Positions 1 to 12,849 of a stretch of DNA of 64,000 nucleotides are shown piece after piece. This DNA is from Camelus ferus (Eukaryota): positions 23,562,001-23,626,000 of the forward strand of contig NC_045696.1 in NCBI RefSeq assembly GCF_009834535.1, given 5' to 3'. The position numbers and the translations under genes were made by a program. How positions within the stretch are numbered: position 1 is the stretch's first letter; the number at the start of each line of letters is the position of its first letter. The notes under the pieces were generated by a model. It saw nothing but the letters and a program-made list of their open reading frames with translations, was not told the origin of the DNA and searched no databases.

Positions 1-1210
1 TATCTTCCACATAAGACTTTATCCAGCCAAGCTCTGTGTTCATAATGGAAGGGCTTCGTTCACCTATTTGGCTGTTATATAAAATCTAACAACCTGGGAG
101 CACTCTGAGACTGCTCCTTTGGTCCACCTTCCTGTCTAAAGTAAGGGTCTGGAAGGGCCTTGAGAATATTCTCTGCCTATTTCCTGGTTACATCCTTCAA
201 CATTTTAAGAGAGTCAACGTGACAAACAAAGGGCTTTCTGTTAAAGCATAGGATCTGCTCTTTAATTAACTATTTAAAAAGGAGCAGTATTTCATATCTT
301 TCAGAAATATTTCATACTGTGACTTACTAATGAGTCACACTTACTATTATTACATTCACATTTAGAAGAATAAAGAGGACTGCTTCAAAGCAAATAAATC
401 CATTTGTTTCTAGAAATGTATTTAAAATCAATGATCTTCCAAAAGCAGCCTACAAGAGCCATGCTAGGCTCCTGCACAGAATTATCAGAAAAACTCTGGA
501 GACTTCAGATTCCTGGATGCCACCACAAACAAGATTGTCAGGAATGTGACAGGTAGAGGCTTTAGGAACCAATGTTAAACCTAAAATTCATCCAGGATAT
601 AGAGCTGTATCTGCACTACGTATTTTTAGTCTGCTTCCATAATGTAGTTATTTTGACTATACTTTTTAAATCGTGATACTCCCATATACTGAGGATTGCC
701 CCTAGGAACTCATGACTGCAATCTCCATAGGGAATGAAATCAAATCAGAAAACACAGAAGGGGTATCTATCATATGTAATTTATTATGCTAGATTTGGAG
801 ATTTAAATAAAAACATCACCCAGTTCCTGCTTTAAAGGAACTTGAGAGTGTTGAGGATAGTGTTCATTCTACCAGGTCTAACTTTTAGGAACCAGTTGTA
901 CATTCCTGGAGCATCAGCTGATTTTTGACTTGTAGACAGCAGAAAAGTTCCAGAGCCAATTCTGCATGCCACCTCTAAGAAAATCTATGAAATCTTTTGG
1001 AATGAATTTCATACCAGTATTAACCATTTTTTCTACTCTTACTTTTTGGTTTCAGTTTCTTTCTGTTTTTAAAAGCTGGGTATGCTATATACGTCATAAG
1101 GACATCTAGTGGTTTTTGAATAAGACAGAAGTAACACAAGTAAAACAAGAACTGTGGCAAAGCCTGTCTCTCCTTCAGAGAAACTTCTGTTCTATACATA
1201 CAGCCTAGAG

Positions 1211-1403
1211 CCATGCTGCTTAACCAGAGGTACACCTCAGAATTGTCTGCAGATCTATTTAAAAATATATATTCTGGACTCTTCCTCCACAGATTCTGAT
1301 CCCAGTAAGTCGTAGGTGGTCTTAGGTGGGGTGTCCTGTTTATACTCTGAAAAAAAGTCTTCCAGGTAATTCTGATATATACAGTAACAGTTAAGAACTA
1401 TTG
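1211..1403. mobile_element. MER5-like hAT-Charlie DNA transposon remnant
   Basis: Contains cagattctgat...cagtaagt, ccaggtaattctgat and gttaagaactattg, typical of MER5 as I recall it. Boundaries approximate. Confidence 0.55.
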
Positions 1404-4368
1404 GCTAATTTTTTAAACACAGTTTTCTTTTGGAGTAAGCAGGTTTATGAAGGTAGAGTGAGATGGACTAAAAATACTTTCCTATCATTTATTACTTAGT
1501 TTCAATAAGAAAATGAATGGTGCTGGAGAAGTAATGCCTATTGATTTCTTGGTCACGTGTTAAAGAAGATAAACACTCATTTAATTAATATTATATAAAT
1601 TAATTCTAATTTGGGGTATCACTCAGAAAAAATTAAATTTTAATGGTTTTTAGATTATAGCTCTACTGAGAAGATTTGCAAGGAGGGAAGAAAAAATTAC
1701 TCTGATGGATTTTATAAACAAGATTTCCTTACATTATGTCCACTAGTCACCCATATTAGTGCACATCTGAGAGATTTAAATACAGGTTTCACTTTGATAT
1801 TCTGAAAGCATTATGCCAAATTAAACAAATTACTTTGAAAAATGTGAAGAGACACTGGAAAATGATAGCATGGGCATCAAAGTAAAATTTCTCTACTAAT
1901 AATACGAAAGAATGGTTCTAATAAACATATTACAAAAGATTTCCTTATTTAATTGTGCTATGTTAAATTCCCCTGAAACAGAGGATGGATTTCTTAGTAT
2001 GGTATTTAAGACAATACAGTAATAGAAACCAATCTTTTAAACAATAATCTCACTCCTCAAATTTATAGACTTAGCACATTTTATTTCTACTAACTCAAAG
2101 TACGTATTTCTAGCAATTCTAGAGAGGACATAATGTTTCCTACTGAGGCAGTATTGCCATTGCTTTTTAAAACACCAGCCTAGAAGATAATTATAACAGT
2201 TAGATGTGGATTCACCTTTTCTGTCTCTTTATTTTTTAGTTATTCTGGCTTCTCTCAGAAATATACCTGCATTCGTCTTCAGGTTTGTTTTTTTAAACAC
2301 TAAAAAGAGAGGCATGCAATTGTATGACCAATGCCTACTACTGAGTTATTTTAAAACTTATAAAACAGCATATAAAGTGTATGACAGGAAGTACTGATCA
2401 AAGAAAAAAAGGCAGTGGGGCATACAGACGTGCTCTTTTCATACAGACAAATAAAAAGGATGGGGAAAAATTAGCTAGTCTTGTCAGATAGGAATATCAG
2501 TGGGAAATACACATCAATTTGACTTAGTAAAAATAAAATGTCTGTAAATTGAGTCTTGTGAGAAACAGAAAAGATGAAGAGAAGGAGACTGTAGAGAATT
2601 TAATATTTTAATGCTATAAAATATAAATGAGCCAAGAACGGAGCTTAACCAATGGATGAAGGATTCACCTTCCGCTGGGCGCTCAGGTGCCACTACCACT
2701 TTCACTAATTACGCAGCTAACTGCACAGCTCCGTCCTCCCACCAGCAAGAGGAGAACAGCTCCGTGCAAACTGGGTACTTCAAAGCTAAGAAAGAGTCAC
2801 ACAGTGGCTCCATCATGGGGCAGGTTCTGGGGAGCGGTTTGGGAGGGATACGTAAAGAATTCAAGGGGTGAAATCACCGGGAGATGGAACTGGCCCCAAA
2901 ATGAAAGGAACTGTAATATAGTTACTACACTGTGATTTGAACACAGAAACCTCCTGATATCTACTGAGCTATTTTATTCCCTACTAATGTATACGAAGTT
3001 ACTGTAATGTAACTGCACTGTTGTGAAACCACAGAGTTTCAGCTGTTCCACACGGTGGCCCTCTGATGTACAGGAAGAAACTACAGTCCTTGCAATAGTT
3101 GAGCTCACTAGAGACAACAATGGTGATATTAAGATATACTCAACTCCATTATGTATCAAAATGTGGGCATTTCTGTTGGTATAATACTATTATCTTGGTC
3201 TTTTAAAAATTCTGAACCAATGCCTCTTAGATCATCAGCTATCCAATTCTTATGAAAATAAGTCATAAGTCTGGGAAGATCTGTGAGTGCCTGCATCAAT
3301 CACCATACCACACTGTGGTATTATAAATCTCTCTCACTGAAAAGTAATTCCTTCAAAGTTCAGATGATAATGCTGAAACCTACCTAGGCAATGCTGCATG
3401 AGCACCTGTATGTCAAAACACCTAAAATGCTTCCTTAAGAAATAAAAACAAAACACACAGAACAGATTTTACAAAAAAGAGGTGATTCAAAAAGATCTAC
3501 TCAGTTATTAAAAAAAAAAAGACAAATGAGTTTAAGGAAAATATCTGTGTTTAATCTATCTCCTCTCATTTCCCCAGTGACTAAAAAGAAATAGAACCTT
3601 TTCTGCAATACAAAATATATCATTCTAAAATATATTCACAACTTGATGATGATGAAATTAATCTTTAAAAAATCAGAAGACATTCTATTTTCAATTTTGC
3701 TAGAACATATTTAATTTTTATAGTGTCCCAATATTTTATTGATTTCATCAGTTGATAACTATAGAATGATTTTTTAATGCTTATATTTTTATACATTTTT
3801 ATTCTTGTTTTAATGGGTCCATACACAATTTTACTTGGAATATGTTAAATATTTAGTTTCTGCTAGCTTTGTTTTTAACTTTAAGATTTCTAAAAAAAAA
3901 ATCAAATAAATTCTCTACATTAACAGTTTCAGTATTATATAAAATCTATATAGATATAACAATAGTATTACTTTGCTCAAATATGTAATTAATAGAGTTC
4001 ATTCTTCTGATAGCTTTAGTGAACTGATTTGAGCTACTTGATGGTTTCATAGCTTTTCCAAGCCTCTTGCCAAGAAAAGTCAAAGTAGTCAGGATAGGTA
4101 GAGGGAGCATGAGCAGAATCATCTCATTTAACCTAAGAAAGGTATATACGTATACAGTAATGTCTGACAAAGAGGTAAACTAAATTGTTGCCTTTTGTTA
4201 TCTCTGAGTAATAGAATTTCAGATGATTTTTTGCTGGTGTCTTTATACTTTAGAATAACTAAAGTTTTTTTTTTCCTTCCCCCAAGAGCATATATTATTT
4301 TTATAATAAACTATCAATTATAAACATGATATTGAAAATAAAATGCAATTTAATAAAAACGGACTAAC

Positions 4369-4569
4369 CTGTTGTCACAGAAGACTCTGACTCCCTCAAT
4401 TTCTGAGTTGCTAAAAGTTTTTCCTGCAAAGCTTTCTGGGCAACTTGTGCATCCCATTCTTCCAATTCTTTCTCAAATCGCAGGTTGTCCTCCTCAACAA
4501 AATCTCTTAAATCCGGTGGTAGTGTTTCTATTCCAACAAGGGACTGCCCAGTTTCTTTATTAAACTCCT
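4369..4569 (-). CDS. USP25: USP25 coding exon 17 equivalent, 201 nt
   Basis: ttgcag|AGGAGTTT...ACAACAG|gttagt. Translates (E)[66 protein letters not shown]; phase 1 to 1. Confidence 0.96.
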
Positions 4570-5184
4570 CTGCAAATCATATTTCAAAAACTATTATAAA
4601 ATTAAGGATTAAAGAAAAAACGCAAAACTCAAAACAGGAGGCATTTCAAATGTGATTTAAAACACAAATTGTTACCATTTAGCAAATCAATATTACCTAA
4701 AAATTAAAACTCAAATGTTCAGAAAAGCAATGATGCAAATATTTGATAATCCATTACAGGTAATGTTCTCAGCTTTTATTTTTAATCTGAAGAGTAAAAA
4801 ATGGAACAAGACATAAAGCCAGAATTGTTTGCTACTCAAACACTGACACAGTACTACTTTTTCTATTATAAAATACAAAATGTTTGATTATTCATTAAGT
4901 AAAGCTTATCACAAAATGAAAAGAAATAGCTCATAACCTATCAAGCTCAGAACAACTAAAATTCTTTTTCATCTGAAGCACTTAAGTATAGCAATATACT
5001 TGTAAGTAATTTGTAAACCAATCAATACAGCAAGATTTTTTAAAAGATCACATAAGTAGTATTTAAAAGGGTTACTCAACCTACACTACACACACAAAAT
5101 AAATTTTAGCCTTCAGTCATGAATGAACTGCCTACTTGGTTTTGCTGAATGGTTAAGTACAAAAGGAAAGTTGATTTTATCTGT

Positions 5185-5730
5185 TTCAACAAATCTTTAT
5201 TAAGTGTTTTTCGTATGCAAAGCCTATATTAGAATATGAGAAATAAAAAGATTAAGACATTGTATGACATGGCCCCTGGATTTGAGCAGATCAGAGTGAA
5301 GTGGGAAAGAAGTCAACATACAATCCCAACACACAGTAAGTGCCCAACAGAGGTATGCTGTGAGAACACAAGGAGGGATACTTTCTGGCAGGTCAAGGAA
5401 AACTTGGCAGAGCAGATGACACCTGAATTGAATCTTGACAGATGAGCAGGAATTACACAAAAGAAGAAAGAAATAAGATCATTACTGGGAAAAAATAAAA
5501 AACATAAGAACATACAGATATAACTGTGTGAAATGATTTGGTGTGAGCAGAATACAGCAAGAAGTTTAAATATCAGTAAAGTATATAAAGTGTGAGATGG
5601 ACAATGGTTACAAATGAAGCTGCAGAGACCATCAGGCCAGAAAATGGAGGCTAAGGAGCTTGAATATGAGTCAATGTAAGATGTAGTCATTAAAGGGATT
5701 TTTAACAAGGAGAAAAGAAATCAGATTTAC
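5185..5730 (-). mobile_element. L2 LINE 3' fragment
   Basis: Begins ttcaacaaatctttattaagtg (L2 3' terminus, reverse), followed by purine-rich L2 body (acctgaattgaatcttgacagatgagcaggaatt). Boundaries approximate. Confidence 0.65.
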
Positions 5731-5970
5731 ATTTTATAAGTTACCAAATAGTAAACTTTGAATACAAACTAAAAGATTCCAATTCTCAGCCCTGGCCACA
5801 TTAATTTTCAATTCTAGTTTTCTCACTAATAATAACCCAACAGCATTTCCTAATCATATCCATCATCCTCTGAGTGAATTACACTTAACAGATCACACCA
5901 GAGACCATAGTCACATAAAAGGGCTACTTATTAAAAAATATATACCACTCTCTATATTTCATATTCTTAC

Positions 5971-6199
5971 CTTGCATTAAGAATTGTGGCTTATCATTTA
6001 TGTACATTAAACAGTATGCACTGGCATTTCTATAACCACCAAAAGAGTCCCTCACTAGCTCTTCCCATGATGATTTTGTTACAGCAATATCATTGTACTT
6101 CATCCACCTGTTTTCACGATGATCAAAAATGTATGCCCAGTAGTGCCCGGCATTAGCTTGGCCTTCATGAACTAAAACAGCATGTAAGCGATAAGGAAC
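5971..6199 (-). CDS. USP25: USP25 coding exon 16 equivalent, 229 nt, His box (catalytic His codon 6143-6145, Asn codon 6092-6094)
   Basis: atttag|GTTCCT...ATGCAAG|gtaaga. Translates [76 protein letters not shown]. Confidence 0.97.
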
Positions 6200-6499
6200 C
6201 TAAATATGAAAAGAGAAGAGTTAAAGTGCAGTTGAGTATTCTGTCTGTTACACCACAGTCCATGAAATCCACAAACCATCTGATGGGCAGATTCCATAGG
6301 AGCTTATTTTTTTCCACAAGAGTAAATTTGCTGGGATTAAATTTTTGAAAAAATTAAACTATGAAATAAAAAGTGGTGTGGAGGAAAATAAGCAAACTAA
6401 AGACATGTAAAATAGAAAGGTGTGTAAATAGGATCATTTCAAAATGCTGGAAATATAACTGCTGAGCTCTGTAAGTTATGTCTTTTGAATAAAGACCTT

Positions 6500-6689
6500 T
6501 TTAAAAAAATTTTCCTATTTGCATTTCTTTTATTTTTTAATTATTTCTTTATTTCTTGTTTTTGTTTTTTGGGGGGAAGGTAATTAGATTTATTTACTTA
6601 TTTATTTTAATGGAGGTATTGGGGATTGAACCAAGGACCTCGTGCATGCTAAGCATACACTCTACCACTGAGCTATACCCTCCTCCCTC
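6500..6689 (-). mobile_element. tRNA-Ala-derived SINE (camelid Vic-1-like) with target-site duplication
   Basis: Reverse strand reads GAGGGTATAGCTCAGTGGTAGAG...CTTAGCATGCACGAGGTCCTTGGTTCAATCCCCAATACCTCCATTAAAAT, with A box, AGC anticodon, B box and A-rich tail. Flanked by tgaataaagacctt (6486-6499) and tgaataaagaactt (6690-6703). Confidence 0.85.
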
Positions 6690-7130
6690 TGAATAAAGAA
6701 CTTATGATGATCATTTTAATATACAGTACATGATTTGTCTAAATCTTCACAACTATAAGTTAATGGATGAGTTCAGCAAAATGGTTTAAATAATGTACAT
6801 AAGAAGTTAAAATGTAAATAATGTGTATCAGAGTCCTATGCTTTCTCCCATAATCTTAATATCCCTGAACAACCATATAATTTCTCCCCTGAATTTTTTT
6901 TAAATATTAAGGCCTTTTGGAAATTTGTGATAAATTTCACTATGAAAGAATAAAAAGGCAGGCAATAAATACAGTATTGAGAATACAACTGAATGAAGGA
7001 AATATTAATATGAAATCTTAAAATTAAGCAATTTTATAACAAAAAGTATAGGAAACAGATTAAGATAAATAATATAAAGATAAAATATAAATAATTTTGA
7101 TAATGCTTACTAGCTCAAAATTCAACTTAC

Positions 7131-7201
7131 TTGGATCATAGATTTGTCAGAGTACATTAGTTCAATTGTACGATGAATTCTGGATATGCTTTCCTGCAAA
7201 T
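7131..7201 (-). CDS. USP25: USP25 coding exon 15 equivalent, 71 nt
   Basis: ccttag|ATTTGCAG...ATCCAA|gtaagt. Translates (D)[23 protein letters not shown]; phase 1 to 0. Confidence 0.96.
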
Positions 7202-7599
7202 CTAAGGATAGAAGACATCATTTAATGATTAACATCAAGTATGTTTCTACTGAGACTTAAAAGGTAAGGACTAAAGGTTTTCCTACCAATATGTTAGAGG
7301 AATAAGGAAATTTCGTAAAACTGTTCTTACAAACATTACTCTTTGGAGTCTGTATAAATGAAATTTAGTTCTCTTTAATAAAAGATAAAGCACAAATGCA
7401 TAATTAAAAATAGAACAAATATGGTTCTTTTTAAAATGTTCAGAGGCAATAAAACAATTTTGTTCAAATCTATAAAGGACAGTTTCAGTGAAAATTAAAG
7501 CTAAACTCCCCTACATATTTTTATAAACACGAAAACTTCAGAATGAAATACAACTTCACCACATATTTTATATACACACACACATACATATATATTATG

Positions 7600-8500
7600 T
7601 AATTAAATAAAAAATCCACTATAATCACCAATAGAAATAAAGTTATGAGTCTTCCATTACTCATTACTACTACTTCCAGTAGAAATCTACCCTATAAGAG
7701 TTTCAGAGGCAGGGATGTTCACAGTTATATTGTCCATAATTATTAAAAAAAAAAATTGGAGAAAACCTAAGTATCTGTCAAAAGGAAATGGTTAAATTAT
7801 AGTATAACCACACTATGCTATGAAGCTGTTAAAAAGAATCAGGAAAAACACATGAAAGACTACAAAACATATTACTAACGTTAGAACAGGGAAAGACCTC
7901 TTCCAGTCCAATAGAAAATCCAACAGCCACAAATGAAAAAATAAGACTCCTTCCCAAATTTAAGAAAATCTACAAAAAACCCAAAAACCAACATGAAGTC
8001 AAATAACAAACTGGAAAAATATTATCTGCAGCCTATACCACAAGCAACAAGTTAATACCCATAACTGAAGTTCTTATTTAAGCAGGAAAAGAAAGATAAA
8101 TGGCTCAATATAAAAAAAATGGACAAGAAATTTTTAGTAAAATAGAATTTCACTCATAATTAATGAAATGCAAATCAAGACACAGAAATACCATTTTTTT
8201 TTCAACTAGCAGACTATCACAAATTAAAAAGCACTCAGGGTTAGGGCTAGGGTGGGAAACAGGCTCTCTCTAATAAAATTAGGGGGAATGTAAACTGGTT
8301 CATGTTTGTTGGGGGAAATTTTTAAGCAGGCAAAATTTAATATATATACTTTGCACCAAAAATGGCATTTTTAAGAATATATTCCACTCAAAAAGTGTGC
8401 CAATATGTATGAAGAAGCCCAGCACTATTTGTAGTACCAATATATAAACTAAATAAATTATGTCATACTCATACTGGAATACTATATAATATAGAAAATA
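7600..8500 (+). mobile_element. Old L1 (L1M/L1ME-like) 3' fragments
   Basis: Contains gaaatgcaaatcaagacacagaaataccatttt and gggaatgtaaactggt, L1 ORF2 end and 3'UTR motifs; heavily degraded. Confidence 0.6.
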
Positions 8501-10041
8501 AAGCTAACAGCAAATACAACAAGGATGAAAGTGAGGAAACAAATACTTCAAGGAAAATCTTACCTGATCCATAGTATCACAGGTCAACCTTATGGCATGA
8601 ATGTCTCTCCAGTTCCTCAAACTTAAAATGCCAAAAGTAGACTCATCATATTCCTACTTCCTCCCCCAAGGTAGGGGCCTGCCTACCCACTAGTTTCCCT
8701 TTTTTCAAAGTGCAGATAGAAATCCATTTAGTTATTCATACGAATTCATATTCACTATGAATAACTGAGGGAATCATCTCTGATCTGTCCCTCTCTCTCA
8801 CCTCTCGTCAACGACCCACGCGTGTCAGTTCCAAAGAATACACCAAATTCATTTCTTTCCTTCCTCAATGCCACTACCTTGGTGTCAAAGTTTCCTAACT
8901 TGCAGCCTTCTGAATGCAATCTTATAAAAACAAATACAATCTACCAAGTCCAGTAGAAAATTACCCAACACCTCACACAATATTCAGGAAAAGCCAAGTG
9001 CTTAATTAATGTTTACTAATGAATTCAAATGTAAAATATTCCCGTATATATGAAAAACACTAAAGGAAATCTTTACAGTTACTAATGCTAGTTGTTAGTC
9101 AACACCACACCCTATTTACTCTCTATTGAATTAGGACTGCTCTTTATTTACATACTGGCTGTAAAGAGCCACGTTGGGCATCTAAAATCTATCAATACTG
9201 TATATTTCTAGCTCTTTGGTATAAAACAGTTAACTCCTATACTTTCCTTCTTCATAGATCAATTAAATTAGGATAAAATTGGGGAGCAAAAATAGGGTAT
9301 TATATTTTGATATGCAAGAAAAATTATAATAAAACCTAGCATAAAATATTAACATCACTTCATTAAAAAGGGGCATTTTAATAACAGTAAAGTAGAAAGG
9401 AGATAATTTCAGAATAAAGGAGAGTTCCTCCCAAGAATGGGCAGATGGCAACTTCACACAAACACACACACACAAACACACACACAGCACTGTCTTTATC
9501 TTTCTTATTTTGCTACATGCCAGTTAAAACTCGTTACAGACTGGCACTGAGCTGATAGATCATATTTGGAAATCTCTGCTAAAGAAGACTGAAAACTAAA
9601 ATTCACATTTCTAATCCTTAAACCTAAAGAAAATGCTGTATCATTTGAACTCACTGTGCAAACATCAAGGGAAGTATATAAATGATAAGTACAAAATTTG
9701 ATGCTATATTATGTTTTACCAATGGAGTAGCTGTGAATACTGGTTTGATATAAATTTAGAGCGCTAAACTAGGAAATCAAATCATCTGTTATGTCATTAA
9801 TCATCTAAGTAATCCAGGGAGAATCTTTTGGTTTCTCTGAACCTAATATTAAGATCATATTATAATATAATATTACAATATTATCTTATAGAAAACATTT
9901 TCTAGGGGATAAAAAACTCTTTATAATATTTACATATGAAACCCATAATCCACAGGATCCACAGGTGATTTCCCTTCTCAATTTTAACATTAATCATATC
10001 CATCTGGGGCCAGAGTAGCTATGCTATGAGAAGCTTCTTAC

Positions 10042-10269
10042 CTCTGGTGTCATTTTCTATTTCTGTCCTCCAGCGATGTAAACAGCTTTCTAGCACAGAG
10101 AGTTCTTCTTCTGTTATGTGCCTTGGTGCTGGATGCATGGGCAAATCTGGAGGTATCCGAGACTGAGTGAACTGGCTTGTGTACTACTGATCTCGATGAA
10201 ACGGCGGTTACTGATGCAGGCGATGTGCTTGGCAGTTCTGAAGGAGGAGCTCCCTGTTGGTCTGTTGTG
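10042..10269 (-). CDS. USP25: USP25 coding exon 14 equivalent, 228 nt as assembled, with a +1 frameshift at 10172/10173
   Basis: acacag|CACAACA...ACCAGAG|gtaaga. The 5' part reads [32 protein letters not shown]. The conserved continuation [43 protein letters not shown] resumes only after one base is skipped. Flanking phases (2 in, 1 out) require 3n+2 nt (227), but 228 nt are present. Confidence 0.93.
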
Positions 10270-10864
10270 CTGTGTTTTTAAAGCACACATTATTACTAAA
10301 CTTTCCAAATTCAAACTCTGGACAAAGATTATACCAAACACACAGCATTAAATTGGCTTATAATTTCAAAAGAAAAAGGTCTTCTTAAAAAAAGATAAAA
10401 ATATGTGGATTAATCTAATATTCTATTAAGATTCTTAATATATGGAACTATATTATAGGGATAAAACTGGGGCTTTACAGTACAAATGGCTTAATCATAT
10501 TTACTTAAATCTTATGTATTCTGGAATTATAAAACCTTCCCTTGCTAATACTTACTAACTCACAGTATAGAAAAAAATTCTAGTTTAGCAGTAGTATTTT
10601 CATGGATAAAAGGTTGATATATAAAACATACCAAAACAACATAAAGTATAATTTTGAACAACAAAAATGTAATGAAAATTCCGATCCACAATAAAAGAAG
10701 AGAGCACGAAGAAGACACAGACTCTTCTAAGTAAATCTAATCTTTTTAGAGTTCACTCAAATGAGTCACAACACGCAATTTATAAAACCGTCTTTAAAGG
10801 CATCAATTACATTATTACATAATATAGCAACGTAGCTGTCTCTTCCATCAAGAAAACGTTTTAC

Positions 10865-11026
10865 CTTGGCAATGTCTGTGATGGTACAGAACCACTAGAT
10901 GGGGAACTAGCATCAAGATCATCAACAGGGGAAGTGCAAACAGGTTTACTGGAGGCAAATTCCAACGCGTACTGTAGAACATCTACCAAGGGGAATCGTT
11001 TGGGACCCGAGCCATAGCTTAAATAT
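10865..11026 (-). CDS. USP25: USP25 coding exon 13 equivalent, 162 nt
   Basis: taacag|ATATTTA...CCAAG|gtaaaa. Translates [53 protein letters not shown](S); phase 2 to 2. Confidence 0.96.
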
Positions 11027-11253
11027 CTGTTAACCATAAAATAGATAAATGTTTCATTTGTTTATAAAGCACATTTATTTTTTTCCCAACAACTGTCATA
11101 AAACATGATAAAAACATTTCAATAAACCTTCAACAATGAGATGAGTTTTGCTTTCAAATGAAGATGGTAAAACTAAATATATATTCAAGAAAAAAATGTT
11201 CTCCAAAGGAGCGAAGTCAAAGCTGATTAAGACTGAAAAAAAAAAAAGACTCG

Positions 11254-11254
<1 letters not shown>

Positions 11255-11296
<42 letters not shown>

Positions 11297-11331
11297 TATA
11301 TACACACACACACACATATATATATACACAC
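11255..11331. repeat. Compound microsatellite (TG)16-(TA)n-(CA)7-(TA)5
   Basis: Read directly from the sequence. Confidence 0.95.
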
Positions 11332-12281
11332 TGTTAGAAATTTTAAATGCTGCTCTAAGTTATGATGCAGTAGCAAAATGAAAACTGACAGTTCCATTTC
11401 CTGAGACTGTTTATTTTTAGATCTGTCATCTGGTCCCATGTTCAAAATGGTGACAAATATTATCCTATCGTTTACTTCTGATTAGTTTTCAATATTATTA
11501 CTGACATCTTTTAAGAGTTAAAATAATTGAAATATAACATACTATTTTGTATAAAAAAGTTTTAGGCTATTAATTTTCAATTAATACTAAAATAAGGGAA
11601 AACACATTAGAAGTTGCAAACTAGGATATTTCAGACCATATTTCAGCTTATAATTTCAGCCTAAAGGTTCAGACTTTTTTTTTGAACTATAGAACGTCTG
11701 ATAGTCTAGATTCCAGCTTCTTTTGGAAACAATCCAAAGCTCTAGACAATAAGGAGATGATACTCATGCATGGCACCGCTCGCTGGTGAGACGGCACCAC
11801 CCCCTCCACAGGGATGTGCTCTCTGTGTCCCTGTGCCCACCAGTTTACACTACTCGACTTGCTTCCCTTCCCTGGAAAGCCTCCATGAGGCTCTCGTAGG
11901 CATCTGAGTTTGTATCTTCTGTGCTGAGAAAAATTCAGTCACCATTCATTTTAATGGAAATTTCAAGAGTAATAATTAGTCTCATGCGAGAAGAAACTTC
12001 AACCATAGATTAGTTTAGCTTTACATTTATTTTCAGCACCATAAGCATTACCTGTTGACAGTGAGAATGCTTAATTTCAAACAATAAAATAATCTTACAA
12101 TGCCAACTATTAATTTTAGTTTAGAAGAAAACTCAAAACCTATTCAAGTAAAATATCAATCCAGAATGATTGTCTACTTCTAGAATTATAAATCATTCAA
12201 AGCCAACTTAAAATTAGAGATCTAAATAGTCACTAAAAATATGACTTCCTATAGCTAATAATTTCCTAAAAGTTAAAATAC

Positions 12282-12377
12282 CTTTCTAGTCTTTGTTGTA
12301 ATACTGTGAGGTAATCTTTTAGTCTCTTGATCTCTTCCCTCTTAATTCTTGTTATTTCTCTGTTTCTATGCATGTAT
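12282..12377 (-). CDS. USP25: USP25 coding exon 12 equivalent, 96 nt, start of the UCID coiled coil
   Basis: tgatag|ATACATG...GAAAG|gtattt. Translates [31 protein letters not shown](R); phase 2 to 2. Confidence 0.96.
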
Positions 12378-12721
12378 CTATCAGGAAAAAAAAAAAATTA
12401 TTAGTAGTGCAAAATACCACGTAAGCAGATACAATATTAAGTCTAGCCATCACCACAGAAGATCAACTCATTCAAAATTTTATAATAAAGCATCACAGAG
12501 AGAATATAAAATTATTTTTTCCATAACATTATTCCTAGTAATTATACTTTTCTAAATAAAAAGAGACCTACATTTTCCTTGACAATTGGTATCAGATGTA
12601 TTATACAAAAAGTAAAAATTAATTTTAAGAAAATTAAGCAAATTTTTCTCTAAGCACAATTACTTCTCCCTTGGATACTAAACTGTTTCAAAACTAAGTC
12701 ATACTGCATACAAAACCATAC

Positions 12722-12849
12722 CTGTCTAGATATAAAACTTGAGGAAATTCTAATTTGTTGTGAATTTTTTCTGGTCTTCCCAATGCCTGATTAAATTCAA
12801 ATCTTGACAACTCAAATGTTAACACAGGTGGTAGTTCAGTAAACCAATG
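12722..12849 (-). CDS. USP25: USP25 coding exon 11 equivalent, 128 nt
   Basis: tttcag|CATTGG...GACAG|gtatgg. Translates [42 protein letters not shown](R); seen in ORF 12694..12993. Confidence 0.96.

Noticed and set aside
2640..2900. Locally GC/CpG-richer patch as a CpG island or CTCF site
   Set aside because: It is too short and CpG-poor for an island, and the best CTCF-like match (ccagcaagaggaga) misses several core positions.
11760..11900. Small GC-rich patch as a regulatory element or exon
   Set aside because: There is no convincing splice-site pair or motif, and the flanking exons join in frame without it.
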